Assembly: GCA_963768425.1 (NCBI GenBank)
Contig: CAVYHV010000014.1
Coordinates: 64,001 to 128,000 of the forward strand
Source of the DNA: Candidatus Bathyarchaeota archaeon
GTDB lineage: Archaea; Thermoproteota; Bathyarchaeia; Bathyarchaeales; Bathycorpusculaceae
Direction: 5' to 3'
Length of the DNA stretch: 64,000 nt
Shown here: positions 28,380 to 38,510 of the stretch, one piece after another
How positions within the stretch are numbered: the stretch's first letter is position 1
Layout: the number at the start of each line of letters is the position of its first letter
Made by a program: the position numbers and the translations under genes
Notes under the pieces: model-generated
Told to the model about the DNA's origin: nothing
The model's input: the letters and a program-made list of their open reading frames with translations, nothing else
The model's database searches: none

Positions 28380-31130
28380 TTATGGGTGTTTTCTTGTGAC
28401 GAGGAGTGCGAGAACTGCGCCGATTATGATGATGATGATGATGATTGCGACGAGTCCGTATTCAAGTGTTGCGTTTGATGCTAAGCCGGACATTGGTGTG
28501 GCTGTTGGTGCTACTGTTGATGGTGGTGAACCTGCGTAGAGGAACGTTGAGCTTGAAGATGGATAGTATCCGTGTGTGCCTGCGAACACTGCATAGATGG
28601 TGTAGTTTCCTGTGATGTCAGGTGTCCATGTTAAGCCCCAATCGCCTAAAGAGTTAGATGTTGTTGTGCCGATTGAGCGGTAGTTGTTGTTGCTGTCTAA
28701 GACATAGACTGAGATTGGTACTCCGGTTAGGTTGCTTGGTAATGGTTGCTGCTCGTAAGCTGCTTCCATCAATCCGGACATGCTTGGGTCAGATACGCAT
28801 GGTAGACCGTTCGGGAAGTTCTTTGCGACCACTGATTGTGAAGCGCCTGGGGAAACATCGGTTATGGTTCCTGTTATGGTTACTGGTGTTTTTGTTGTTA
28901 TGCCGCTTTGAGGTGCGCTGACTGTTATTTTCCTAGGTCCTTGTGAGTAAGCGTAGATTTGTCCGTCGTAGCTGTTGAATGTGGTCATGACTCCGTATGC
29001 TACTGCGGTTGCTGTGTCGTCAAAGCCAAGGTTGCTCCAGACTAATTGCCCATTGTTAGCGTTTAGTGCTAACTCTAAGGCTCCGTGCAACAATGGTGGG
29101 TTGTATTCGTGTCCCTCAGAGAGGTATAGTATCGTGTCTGCGCCCTGTCCAGCTAAGGCTTCGTCAGAGAAGACCCAGATTGGATAGATGCCGTATGGTG
29201 ATTCTGTGCCAGCGGGTCCGTTAACTTGGTATGTGCTCCATGTCCACATTATGTTTCCGTTGGTCATGTTGAGTGCCCATACGTCGCCTCCTAAGGCCCA
29301 AACGTATAGTACGCCAGTGGCTGTGTCAGGTACAGTTTCAAAGTCATATGAGTCGTATTGGTTCGGCATGAATCCGTCAGCCATCTTTACGTTGAGATTG
29401 GTTGTCCATACTGTTTGACCGGTTGTTAGCGAGTATGCTGCTGCTTGATATGAGTCTTGGTTGATTTCAACGTAGACTCCGGCTGCTGCTGATGGCGTGT
29501 TGCTGATTCTTGTGTATGATGGGTTGTATATTCCGCCTGTTCTGTTGGTTACCCACATGAGTGCGCCTGTTTGTGAATTCCATCCTGCTTCGACTACCCA
29601 GCCCTCATCTTCTGCAACTGAAGTTGTTCCTGTTTGGAACACTAAGGTATTTCCTGACCAGGCTGAAGTTGAGAAGAAGCCGTTGCCGAGGCCTTGTACT
29701 GCGACGCCGTTAAGCTTTGCATTTTCAGAGACAGCCCATTGTAAGCCCAAGTTCCAATTGAATACGGTTCCTAGTGGAACTGTCCAGTCGAATAGACCGC
29801 CTAGAGCAGAATCAGTGCCTGAGAATACTATAGCTTGTGTCAAGTTGTACATCTCTAGTACTGGTCCGTTTGCGATAGTGTCGAAGGTTTCAGGTGTATA
29901 TGAGACAACGCCAGCGGCATTCATCTTTGGCTGCTGAACGGTCAATGGTTCTGTAGTCGGCGCGAACGTTGGTGGTGCATAAGTAACGTTTGTTGCAACT
30001 GCATAGCCGATTATGTTTCCGTTAGCATCAGCGCCCATCAGAGCGAACGATGGAAGGTTTGTAACTTTAGCGACATATTGTCCTGTCAAGCCATCGTACA
30101 TGTACCAGGTAGTTGAAGGAGCGAAGAATCCGCCGCCGTCTGCAGCGAAGATATAGGGTCCGACGCAGCCGTATTGGTCAATGGTTGGGAAGTTGAGTAT
30201 CATTCCGCATCTCAATGTGAGTGTGGTGTTAATTACCCACAGGGTTTGTCCAGTGTATAGATTTAGTGCCATGATTCCTTGTGAACTGCCGGTTTGTGTT
30301 GTATACCAAGTGGAGTATTCTATGCCGTCCATGATGATTGGTGCGTATTTGGGATCGTACTGTGAGGTTGTCCAGTAGCTGCCTGCTTGTTCGGTGTTAC
30401 CGTATGATCCTCCTGCTACTCCGCCTACACACCATGGTTTTGTCCATAGAATGTGGGCTGAGGATGGCGCGACCGTGTATGGGTTAAAGTTGCCTGAAGC
30501 ATTGTATCCGCCAGTAGCGGCGAATGTGTTTGCTACATATCCCATCCATGGTCCTGATATGCCCGCCCAGAGTTGGACGTTTTCAGAGCTGACTGGTGCT
30601 TCCCAGTAGTTTGTTGGAAGCGGTGTATCTGCTAACCCGCCTCTCGGCGTTGATGTCACAACCAGAGTCGCTGGTTGACTTACGCTAGGTTCGTTGTAGT
30701 ATATTTGATTTGGAGGTGCGAATTGTTGTCCGCCGTATTTCAGTTGGAATGTGTAATTACCTACTGTGGTTGGAGTGTATGTAGTGTATGTGCCACCGGT
30801 TGTATCAGTCGTGAATGTTCCTAGTGATGTTTGTGTTCCACCTGGTGGGGTAACGTAAATGGTCATGTTCACAGCGTCTTGTTCTGCGAATAATGGTACG
30901 GCGAACCAGAAGTCAACTGTCACAACTTGTCCGACACCGCATGGGTTAGGTGCAACGTTGCAGAAGGCAATTGTTGGAACGTCGATACTGCCTGCTGCTT
31001 GTCCGTGTGCTGTCATTGCGAATGAACCTCCTATTACTGTAATCATAAGCATCGAAAGGATTATTGCTGCAATTCTATTTTTTGTGTTTTTCATTTTTTT
31101 TCTTCCTTTTAGTTTTTTTAGATTGAACAT
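28380..31130 (-). CDS. Large secreted PQQ-like beta-propeller surface protein with C-terminal TM (Bathyarchaeia-expanded type)
   Basis: Signal peptide, PNPCGVGQ, AHILWTKP, repeated TGxxxW docking motifs, YDGQIYAY, poly-Ile TM + RKHP. Confidence 0.85.
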   Translation of the reverse strand: MFNLKKLKGRKKMKNTKNRIAAIILSMLMITVIGGSFAMTAHGQAAGSIDVPTIAFCNVAPNPCGVGQVVTVDFWFAVPLFAEQDAVNMTIYVTPPGGTQTSLGTFTTDTTGGTYTTYTPTTVGNYTFQLKYGGQQFAPPNQIYYNEPSVSQPATLVVTSTPRGGLADTPLPTNYWEAPVSSENVQLWAGISGPWMGYVANTFAATGGYNASGNFNPYTVAPSSAHILWTKPWCVGGVAGGSYGNTEQAGSYWTTSQYDPKYAPIIMDGIEYSTWYTTQTGSSQGIMALNLYTGQTLWVINTTLTLRCGMILNFPTIDQYGCVGPYIFAADGGGFFAPSTTWYMYDGLTGQYVAKVTNLPSFALMGADANGNIIGYAVATNVTYAPPTFAPTTEPLTVQQPKMNAAGVVSYTPETFDTIANGPVLEMYNLTQAIVFSGTDSALGGLFDWTVPLGTVFNWNLGLQWAVSENAKLNGVAVQGLGNGFFSTSAWSGNTLVFQTGTTSVAEDEGWVVEAGWNSQTGALMWVTNRTGGIYNPSYTRISNTPSAAAGVYVEINQDSYQAAAYSLTTGQTVWTTNLNVKMADGFMPNQYDSYDFETVPDTATGVLYVWALGGDVWALNMTNGNIMWTWSTYQVNGPAGTESPYGIYPIWVFSDEALAGQGADTILYLSEGHEYNPPLLHGALELALNANNGQLVWSNLGFDDTATAVAYGVMTTFNSYDGQIYAYSQGPRKITVSAPQSGITTKTPVTITGTITDVSPGASQSVVAKNFPNGLPCVSDPSMSGLMEAAYEQQPLPSNLTGVPISVYVLDSNNNYRSIGTTTSNSLGDWGLTWTPDITGNYTIYAVFAGTHGYYPSSSSTFLYAGSPPSTVAPTATPMSGLASNATLEYGLVAIIIIIIIIGAVLALLVTRKHP

Positions 31131-31371
31131 AAAGCATTAAAGCTAATGTCCAATCAGCTTCCTTGTGCTGCCACTAAGTATTTAAGACTTGTTCCAGTGC
31201 GCCGCCTGCATATTTGCACAAAAAAGCCAGCGATTTACCGATTTCTGCTTAGAAAATTCCCAGATTAGAATTTTCTCAAACTCAGGCCACAATACTTCTA
31301 TCTGACTGTGAGTTTCAGCTCAACCACAGTCAAAGTTTTCCAAAAATAAAACCATAAACTACAAGCTTTGC

Positions 31372-32409
31372 TTAAGCGGGTTGCTGTTGTGAAATGCAGT
31401 GAATTGCGCCGAAACCGCATATTAAGTCGATACAGTTTACTCCAACAACCTTTCTTTTTGGAAAAAATTTCTGAAGAATAGACATTGCAACCTTATCTTT
31501 TTCGCTTTCAAAAGTCGGGACCAAAACCGTTCGGTTGCCTATGTAAAAATTCGTGTAACTTGCAGGCAGCCGTTTTCCGTCGTAGGCGACATTTCCCGGC
31601 ATAGGCAACTTGATAACTCTGAGTTTCCGTCCATTTTGGTCGGTTGACTGACAAAGCAACTGGTAGTTTTTTCTTAGGGCTTCGCTGTTTTCGTCGTCAC
31701 CTTCATCATAGCCGCTTACAACTGTTGTTGGATTAACAAATCTTGCTAAGTCGTCAACGTGTCCGTCAGTGTCGTCTCCAGCGATTCCGTTTTTCAGCCA
31801 AATTATGTTGGTTACACCCAGGTAGTCCTTGAGGAACTTTTCGATTTCTTCCTTCTTAAGGCAAGCATTTCTATTCTTGTTGAGGAGACATTGTTCTGTG
31901 GTTAGTAGAGTTCCTTTTCCGTTAACATCGATAGAGCCTCCTTCCAAAACAATGCCTGGCTCAAAACAAGGCAACTGCATAACCTTGTTAATTTCATGCG
32001 GTATCTCAGCGTCTTTCATTAGTTCCTCGTATTTTTCGCCCCACGAATTAAAAGTCCAGTGAACCATCGCCAAATCCGTATCCCGTTTGACAAAAATGGG
32101 ACCGTAATCTCGGAACCAGACATCAGCATAACCAAACTCAAAGAATCTTATCCGGTTAAGGTCAACTCCGTGACTTCGGAGTAGCTCAGAAACTTTATGC
32201 TGCATAAATTGATCTTTAACGAATAAATTCACAAACTCGTCCTTGTGGAGTAAGCTGATGATTTGAACAAATGTTTCTTCAACCTTCTCAACGCCGGACG
32301 TGAATGTTGTGGGGTCATGCGGCCAAGCAAGCCAGATTGCCTCGTGCTTTGACCATTCAGCAGGCATACAGTATCCGAGTTCACGAGGGGTAGTCGTCGC
32401 GGCTCTCAT
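31372..32409 (-). CDS. aguA: Agmatine deiminase
   Basis: MPAEW, W.RDYGP, LEGGSIDVNG.GTLLTTEQC, DDTDGHVD, ASYTNFY, GAIHCISQQQP. Confidence 0.95.
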   Translation of the reverse strand: MRAATTTPRELGYCMPAEWSKHEAIWLAWPHDPTTFTSGVEKVEETFVQIISLLHKDEFVNLFVKDQFMQHKVSELLRSHGVDLNRIRFFEFGYADVWFRDYGPIFVKRDTDLAMVHWTFNSWGEKYEELMKDAEIPHEINKVMQLPCFEPGIVLEGGSIDVNGKGTLLTTEQCLLNKNRNACLKKEEIEKFLKDYLGVTNIIWLKNGIAGDDTDGHVDDLARFVNPTTVVSGYDEGDDENSEALRKNYQLLCQSTDQNGRKLRVIKLPMPGNVAYDGKRLPASYTNFYIGNRTVLVPTFESEKDKVAMSILQKFFPKRKVVGVNCIDLICGFGAIHCISQQQPA

Positions 32410-33305
32410 TTCTCAGTGTCCTCCACGAGCTTTTGGTAAGTTTCAGGTCGTCGGTTTCGAAGGAAACCCCAACCGTCCTGAATTTTCCTGTTTTTTGCAA
32501 GATCCACCTTTGCAACTAAAGTTTCCTCTTTAGTGAAGCTGGCTTCTTTGAGCATCATGCCGAAAGAGTCGCATAGGAAGGAGCCGCCCCAAAAGTTGAG
32601 GTGCCCCTCCACACCTACACGGTTTACGGCGGCAACATGAATTCCATTCGCGATGGCGTGTCCGCGTTGAACGGTCTTCCAAGCGTCATGCCAGTCTCCG
32701 TCAGACTGATCGTCGCCTTCAACGTAGCCGATCGCTGTCGGATAAAAGATAATTTCTGCACCCTTCAAAGCGTTGATTCTTGCGGGTTCAGGGAACCACT
32801 GGTCATAGCAGATAAGCACTCCTACGCGAGCGTAACGGGTTTCAAAGACACAGTAGCCGTTGTTTCCTGCTTCAAAAAAGTTTTTTTCGTAAAACAAAGG
32901 GTCAAACGGCACATGCATCTTGCGATAGACACCCAAAGTTTTCCCGTCTGCGTCAATTACGACAGCCGAATTGTAGTATTTCCCGTTTGGAGCCTTCTCA
33001 AAAATAGGCGCTATTATGACTGTGCCGTTCTTTTTCGCCAGGGTGGAGAATGTTTTGGTGGTTTCGCCGGGAACTGTCTCCGCAAGGTTGCCGACGTCTA
33101 TTTTTTCTTCCTGCGGAAAATACCATGTTCTGTAAAGTTCAGGCAAGCAGATAATTTGAGCGCCCATCCTTGATGCTTCCTCAACTTTGTCAACAGTCCG
33201 TCTTATGTTGTCGGTTATGTCAGCTGAAAGAGCGGTTTGAATTAGCCCAACATTGACGATTTTTCTTTCATCCTGTGTATCAGAGGCGCTCGAAACTGTA
33301 ACCAT
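32406..33305 (-). CDS. aguB: N-carbamoylputrescine amidase (nitrilase family)
   Basis: LPEL, YRKMHVP, ICYDQWFPE, YPTAIG, RNRRPE. Confidence 0.9.
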   Translation of the reverse strand: MVTVSSASDTQDERKIVNVGLIQTALSADITDNIRRTVDKVEEASRMGAQIICLPELYRTWYFPQEEKIDVGNLAETVPGETTKTFSTLAKKNGTVIIAPIFEKAPNGKYYNSAVVIDADGKTLGVYRKMHVPFDPLFYEKNFFEAGNNGYCVFETRYARVGVLICYDQWFPEPARINALKGAEIIFYPTAIGYVEGDDQSDGDWHDAWKTVQRGHAIANGIHVAAVNRVGVEGHLNFWGGSFLCDSFGMMLKEASFTKEETLVAKVDLAKNRKIQDGWGFLRNRRPETYQKLVEDTEK

Positions 33306-33471
33306 CCTTCTTCTTTGATGGCAAATATGTAAGTTTTGAAGGTAATAACTTTTCTGAAATATCTAAGAAATAGATTCAAGCCGTTTGTTTTAAAAGCCTT
33401 CTAAAGGCACATCGACGTTTAAGCAAACAGTTAATTTGTTGCCTTTCTAATTAGTTTATTGGTTAGGTTTT

Positions 33472-34737
33472 TTGGGTAAACAAGATGCCAGTTTGAAACC
33501 ACAACTTACTTTGTTCGACGCGATAGTTACTGGTCTCGCGGCAATTCTCGGCGCAGGCATATTCACTGTTATCGCGCCTGCAGCAGGGTTGGCTGGACCC
33601 GCAATTCTTGTTTCCTTTGGGATCGCTGCATTTGTAGCATTTTGTAACGCATCATCTTCTATCCAGTTGGCCGCTGTTTTTCCTCGGTCGGGAGGCACCT
33701 ACGAGTTCGGAAGACGCATGCTTGGCAACTGGTGGGGCTTCATTGCAGGCTGGATGTTCCTTGTGGCGAATACTGTTGGACCGGGTGTAAGCGCTTTGGC
33801 ATTTGGCAGTTACTTGCATGCAATTTGGCCAATCATTCCATTCCACGTAGCCGCGATTGGCGCAGCATCAGTTATGGTTATTCTTGATGCGGTGGGGATT
33901 CGCCGATCCATTCGTGTAACGGGAGTGATTGTTATTTTATCAATCGCTTCCTTATTGATTGTAACAATAATAGCTTTGCCATCGGCTCACTTAGGGAATT
34001 TTTCGCCTTTTGCGCCAGGCGGATTGGTTGGGGTTCTGCGCGCAACTGGTTTGCTTTTCTTTGCCTACACGGGATACAGCCGAATCGCAACGTTGGTTGA
34101 GGAAGTGAAAAACCCGAAACGAACTATTCCTAGAGCCTCTTTGATAGCGCTCGGCGGCGTGACATTTCTTTACCTGTTTGTGGTTGGGACCGCAATCGCA
34201 GTTTTAGGAGCCTCAGGCATGGCGAGTTCACCTTCACCTTTAGAAGCGCTGATGATAGCTGTTGGAAGCGCTTTGGGTGTGGCTTTAGTTGCTGGAGGCG
34301 CGTTGCTTACAACCTTCAACGAGGGACTCTCTGACCTTTTAGGCGTTTCCCGTGTAGCATTTTCAATGGGTAGGGAACGTGATTTACCTGCGGGCTTGGT
34401 CAAGCTAGGAGCTGAAAAAAACCCGTGGAGAAGCGTAATCTTCGTTGGCGCCATCACGCTTCTAGTTGCAGCTTTTGCACCCTTGGTATTGTCTGTGGCG
34501 ATATCCAGCTTCGGAACTCTTCTCTACTATTCGATAACTAATGTATCAGCCTTGAAGCTGCCACGTGCCCAACGAACTTTTCCTCGTGCCCTTGCAATAG
34601 CGGGGCTTGCCGGCTGCCTCGGATTAGCTTTCGCGCTCTCTCCACAATACATAGCAATTGGACTATTGATTCTTGGAGTCGGCGCAGTTTACTACATCAT
34701 ACGCAGAAGAATAATGCAAAAAAAGCCTGTTACTTAA
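33472..34737 (+). CDS. APC family amino-acid/polyamine permease
   Basis: GAGIF, SGG.YE, FFAYTGY...EEVKNPKRTIP, ~12 TM. Confidence 0.9.
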   Translation: MGKQDASLKPQLTLFDAIVTGLAAILGAGIFTVIAPAAGLAGPAILVSFGIAAFVAFCNASSSIQLAAVFPRSGGTYEFGRRMLGNWWGFIAGWMFLVANTVGPGVSALAFGSYLHAIWPIIPFHVAAIGAASVMVILDAVGIRRSIRVTGVIVILSIASLLIVTIIALPSAHLGNFSPFAPGGLVGVLRATGLLFFAYTGYSRIATLVEEVKNPKRTIPRASLIALGGVTFLYLFVVGTAIAVLGASGMASSPSPLEALMIAVGSALGVALVAGGALLTTFNEGLSDLLGVSRVAFSMGRERDLPAGLVKLGAEKNPWRSVIFVGAITLLVAAFAPLVLSVAISSFGTLLYYSITNVSALKLPRAQRTFPRALAIAGLAGCLGLAFALSPQYIAIGLLILGVGAVYYIIRRRIMQKKPVT

Positions 34738-35024
34738 GTTGTTCTTGTTTGCTTGAGCACATAATCAAAATACTTTTCAACTGTTCCTTCGCAAGTCCAT
34801 TCTGCACGAAGCCTTGTCTTCTTTTCTGTCCGGCGCAACTCTGAAAGAAGCATGCGGTTGACGTCTTTTGCAGTTTCGCCTTTGAATTCAGCGGTTAAGT
34901 CGAATCCGTCGCTGGTTGGTTTAAGTGTGCCTTGGCTGCCGATTATTCGTTCCAAAAGAGGTTTTATGGCTAACGGGTTGGCGCTGCTTACGTTTGCCTT
35001 CAATTTCAGTTTTTTCTCAGGCAT
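34734..35024 (-). CDS. Hypothetical protein
   Basis: ORF from MPEKK; NR.LLSELRR.EKKTRLRAEW. Confidence 0.6.
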   Translation of the reverse strand: MPEKKLKLKANVSSANPLAIKPLLERIIGSQGTLKPTSDGFDLTAEFKGETAKDVNRMLLSELRRTEKKTRLRAEWTCEGTVEKYFDYVLKQTRTT

Positions 35025-35112
35025 CAAACTCACTTGTGCTGTGTTGTCAATTGAATACAAGCTATGGCTTGTATATTTGAAAAAAATTAAACAGATATAG
35101 TTAAAACTTTTG

Positions 35113-35451
35113 TTACTTCTTGTGTCTTTTGATTCTTTCCTGCCGCTGCGTCTTCATACGCCAATCCTTCTTCCGCTGCGTCGTAACCGTGAATTTTCCG
35201 CCTTGCCTAGGCATCTGCTCAACTTTGCGGTAACGTGAAATGTTCATGTAGAATGTCTCGAGGTCTATTTTACTCGATTTCAAATCTTCAAGGTTCTGGT
35301 TAAGTTCCTTCCTCGCGTCCTCGCCTGCATGATCAAAAGCTTCCGAATAAACAAGGTACGCAGCGTGGAACTGAAAGCTTGAGGAGTCATCGATTAAAAG
35401 TTTCTCAATTTGGGGTTGGTTGGGGCTCGATTCGTTTGGTTGCTCGGTCAT
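35113..35451 (-). CDS. Hypothetical protein with basic C-terminus
   Basis: 112-aa ORF. Confidence 0.65.
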   Translation of the reverse strand: MTEQPNESSPNQPQIEKLLIDDSSSFQFHAAYLVYSEAFDHAGEDARKELNQNLEDLKSSKIDLETFYMNISRYRKVEQMPRQGGKFTVTTQRKKDWRMKTQRQERIKRHKK

Positions 35452-35551
35452 GTTATTCAGCTTTTAACGATGAGCAACATTGTTTTTCCCTCTTTTATAT
35501 TTATGCCATGGGAAAAAGCCGTGTTTTGAGGTTTTTTTGATCGAGGTGGGG

Positions 35552-35974
35552 CTATCTCGGCTTACCCAAATTAGCCCTGATTTTTTCCGCATCTTGTTCC
35601 AGCAACTCGAGAGCCCGCAGGTCAACTTCGCGTCGGAACTGGTTTTGCGGCTTCATCGGGATAACGTGAACGTGAAGGTGGAATATGACTTGGGCAGCGT
35701 CTCTCCCGTTGTTCTGCACTATTCTGATGGCTTCCGTGCCTGTTGCCTCGCGAACAGCATGAGCGACCCTCTTAGCAACCCTAAAAAGGTAAGCTGCTTC
35801 ATCCTCCGAGATTTCGAAAATGTTGATGCAGTGTGTCTTGGGAACGACAAGCGTGTGCCCCTCGTTAACTGGGCGGTTGCTTAAGAAAGCAGCTACTTGC
35901 TCATCCTCGTAAACTATGCTTGCAGGAGCTTCTCGACGGATTATCTGGCAAAATACGCATTTTGTTTCGGTCAT
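35552..35974 (-). CDS. HIT family hydrolase
   Basis: CVFCQI, GHTLVVPK, HLHVH. Confidence 0.92.
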   Translation of the reverse strand: MTETKCVFCQIIRREAPASIVYEDEQVAAFLSNRPVNEGHTLVVPKTHCINIFEISEDEAAYLFRVAKRVAHAVREATGTEAIRIVQNNGRDAAQVIFHLHVHVIPMKPQNQFRREVDLRALELLEQDAEKIRANLGKPR

Positions 35975-36041
35975 GACTCATACCTTTTAGCGGTTTAAAG
36001 GTAGGGTTAGCTTTAATAGAATTTCTGTTGCCTACTTCTTT

Positions 36042-37175
36042 ATGGATACTTTGGTTGATGACGTCGGAAGTTTTCCCCTGCCCCCACGCGTGAACAAGGA
36101 GGCTTTCAGCGAAGCCTATCGCCGGTCAAGGGCGGCGGCAGTTGAAGGCAAAGACCTGCGGGCAGATGCTTTTTTGGAGACCACCTTTTGTTCCATCGTG
36201 CTTGAATCCTTCAGGTTCAAGCTTGCGTCGGGTTTAGATGTGGCGAATTTTCCTCAACACTATGAAGGGATGAGACAGGTTGGAGACGTTTTGCATGCGG
36301 CAATGGAAACGGGTTCCTTTCTTGTGAATGAGAAGTCAGCGGTTTTACCTGAGGTCTACCTGATCGGTCAAGAAGCCAAGACGCTAAGCGAAGAACTGGG
36401 CAGAAAAATCCAGCTGAGAGTCTCAATTTTTGGCCCGCTTGAACACTACTTGCACGAAATCGGGAACACGCCTTACCAAGATGTCTTGGAGGGTTTGGCT
36501 GGGACGATTCAGCGATTCGCGAAAAACAGCGTATTAAACAACAAGTACATCGAAACGGCTGTGGTTTCGATTGATGAGCCAAGTTTCGGCTTCAACAACA
36601 TTCAAGCCCCATCTGACGTCATCTGCGGAGTACTGGAGAAAACTTTTGACTTCAAAGGCGCAGTCCGTCAGATTCATCTTCATTCGGCTGCTGGAGTCCA
36701 CGATTTGCTGTCTGTAAAAAACCTTGATGTCCTCTCGTTCGAGTACGCCGCTTCACCGAAGAACATTGACGCAGTCCCAAAAAGCATGCTTGAAGGGGCG
36801 GATAAGCAGATTCGCGTAGGAATCGCCCGAACAGACATCGATAGCATTTTGGCTGAGCTTTACGAGAAAGGAGTTGGGAAACCTTTAGCCGACCAGTTGG
36901 TTGAACCAAAAGAGACGATAGAGAAAAGGTATAGGGTTGCGAAACAGAAATATGGCGATCGGATGACTTTTACGGGTCCTGACTGCGGGTTAGGAGGCTG
37001 GCCTAGCCAAGAATCGGCACAACTTTTGCTGGAACGCACAGTAAAAGCGGTAAAACTGGCCCAAAAAACTAGCATAAAAAATGAAGAAAGAAAAAGGGTT
37101 TGCCTTAACAGGATTATTCGGTTGATGTTGGTTTCTTCTTCGCCTGTTCCTGCTGTGCTTTGGTCAGGTCTTTGA
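36042..37175 (+). CDS. Single-barrel cobalamin-independent methionine synthase-like (MetE C-terminal/core) protein
   Basis: DVGSFP, SIDEP, IHLH, GPDCGLG; C-terminal overlap with next gene may reflect an indel in an A run near 37065. Confidence 0.7.
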   Translation: MDTLVDDVGSFPLPPRVNKEAFSEAYRRSRAAAVEGKDLRADAFLETTFCSIVLESFRFKLASGLDVANFPQHYEGMRQVGDVLHAAMETGSFLVNEKSAVLPEVYLIGQEAKTLSEELGRKIQLRVSIFGPLEHYLHEIGNTPYQDVLEGLAGTIQRFAKNSVLNNKYIETAVVSIDEPSFGFNNIQAPSDVICGVLEKTFDFKGAVRQIHLHSAAGVHDLLSVKNLDVLSFEYAASPKNIDAVPKSMLEGADKQIRVGIARTDIDSILAELYEKGVGKPLADQLVEPKETIEKRYRVAKQKYGDRMTFTGPDCGLGGWPSQESAQLLLERTVKAVKLAQKTSIKNEERKRVCLNRIIRLMLVSSSPVPAVLWSGL

Positions 37176-37959
37176 AGCCGTAGGTTCCAACTGGTGGCCA
37201 GCCTGCTTCCGGCATTACCGCTGGAATTAACATGATTGTGTTTGTTTGTGATTGTTGGCCTAACTCGTAGAGGATGTTCATCCATCTGAGTCTTAGTCCG
37301 TCTGGGCTTGCCTCGTACGCTTTTGCTGCTTCAATCATTTTTTGTGATGCTTCAAACTCGGCTGTGGCTAAGGTTACTCTTGCGATGCGTTCCCGTTCGG
37401 CTTGTGCTTGACGCGACATTGCATCTTGAAGGTTGCCTGGTATTATGACGTCTCGAACTTCGACGGCAGTCACTTTGATTCCCCAATTCTCCGTTTTCTC
37501 ATCGATGATTTCCCGCAGGGTTGCGCCGACTTTTTCGCGTTCCGCGAGTAGCTCATTTAGGCTTTGCTTGCCGATGACTTCCCGAAGAGTTGTCTGTGAA
37601 GCAAGTTGGGTTGCTTGGTAGTAGTTTTCAACTTGCAGAACAGCTTTTTCCAGATCAACGGGCTTCATGTAGAGTACTGAGTCTACGTTTACAGGAACGT
37701 TGTCTTTTGTTAGTGTTGATTCTGTTCGGAACTGTATCGTGTCCAGCCTAGTTGAAATTTTTAGAGGGGCTCTGTCGATTATTGGGACAAGGTAGATGAT
37801 TCCGGGGCCTTTAAGGCCGATGTAACGTCCTAAACGCAGAACAGGCATTCTTTCCCATTCTTTTAGTATTCGAATTCCGCTCAGCAAGAAGACAATTATA
37901 ATAAAGACAATAAAGCCGATCAAACCGATTAAAAGTGGATCCATTTTTTCAAACCTCAA
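37114..37959 (-). CDS. SPFH stomatin-like protein
   Basis: EWERMPVLRLGR, TKDNVPVNVD, QTTLRE, AMSRQAQAERERIA. Confidence 0.92.
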   Translation of the reverse strand: MRFEKMDPLLIGLIGFIVFIIIVFLLSGIRILKEWERMPVLRLGRYIGLKGPGIIYLVPIIDRAPLKISTRLDTIQFRTESTLTKDNVPVNVDSVLYMKPVDLEKAVLQVENYYQATQLASQTTLREVIGKQSLNELLAEREKVGATLREIIDEKTENWGIKVTAVEVRDVIIPGNLQDAMSRQAQAERERIARVTLATAEFEASQKMIEAAKAYEASPDGLRLRWMNILYELGQQSQTNTIMLIPAVMPEAGWPPVGTYGFKDLTKAQQEQAKKKPTSTE

Positions 37960-37983
37960 CTAGCTATTCAGCGGTTTATGGAA

Positions 37984-38379
37984 TTAAGCTTTTTGCTCGG
38001 CTGCTTTAACTATAAGCACGTTGCCGTCCAAAGCTATGACTTGCACGGTTTGGCCTAAAGTTATGGGTGCGTCTTTGGAGGTTGCTGCCCAGATTTCGCT
38101 GAAGACTCGAATTTCGCCTTTGGGGTTAAGATTAGTTGTTGCAACTCCTGTTGCTCCGATTAAGGCTTCTTTACCAGTTTTGACCCGTTGAAACTGTGAC
38201 TTGAATCCTGCCGCGAATATAAGAATCATGATTGCTGCGACGGCAAACAAGGTCGCAGCCAACGCGGCTTCGTCTGAAGCGCTTAACCCGATGAAGCTCA
38301 CGCCTACGAAAGCTACGTAAACGAGGAAGGCTCCAACTGCTACGAGCAATCCGATGACAAGCGCTAGCGAAACATGCAT
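37984..38379 (-). CDS. NfeD family protein (stomatin partner)
   Basis: TM helices + TGKEALIG.TGVA...L.PKG.I...EIW.A OB-fold. Confidence 0.85.
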   Translation of the reverse strand: MHVSLALVIGLLVAVGAFLVYVAFVGVSFIGLSASDEAALAATLFAVAAIMILIFAAGFKSQFQRVKTGKEALIGATGVATTNLNPKGEIRVFSEIWAATSKDAPITLGQTVQVIALDGNVLIVKAAEQKA

Positions 38380-38510
38380 ACGACCCAGCTCAATATTGCA
38401 TAGACAGAATCAGCTTATAAGAGTTGACTGGCACGAGATATTGGCGCGTTTTTTGCTGTTTGTGTTTTGGGTTGCTTTTCTTGTTTAGGGCTCGGGTTGT
38501 TTGCAGGTTG

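Noticed and set aside
28426-28446. (ATG)n microsatellite as a phase-variation tract
   Set aside because: Triplet run encoding the poly-Ile TM anchor; slippage would stay in frame
32601-33173. 190-aa plus-strand ORF and similar long antisense ORFs (44298..44843, 55095..55661, 29497..29937)
   Set aside because: Shadow frames opposite well-supported genes, with no motifs
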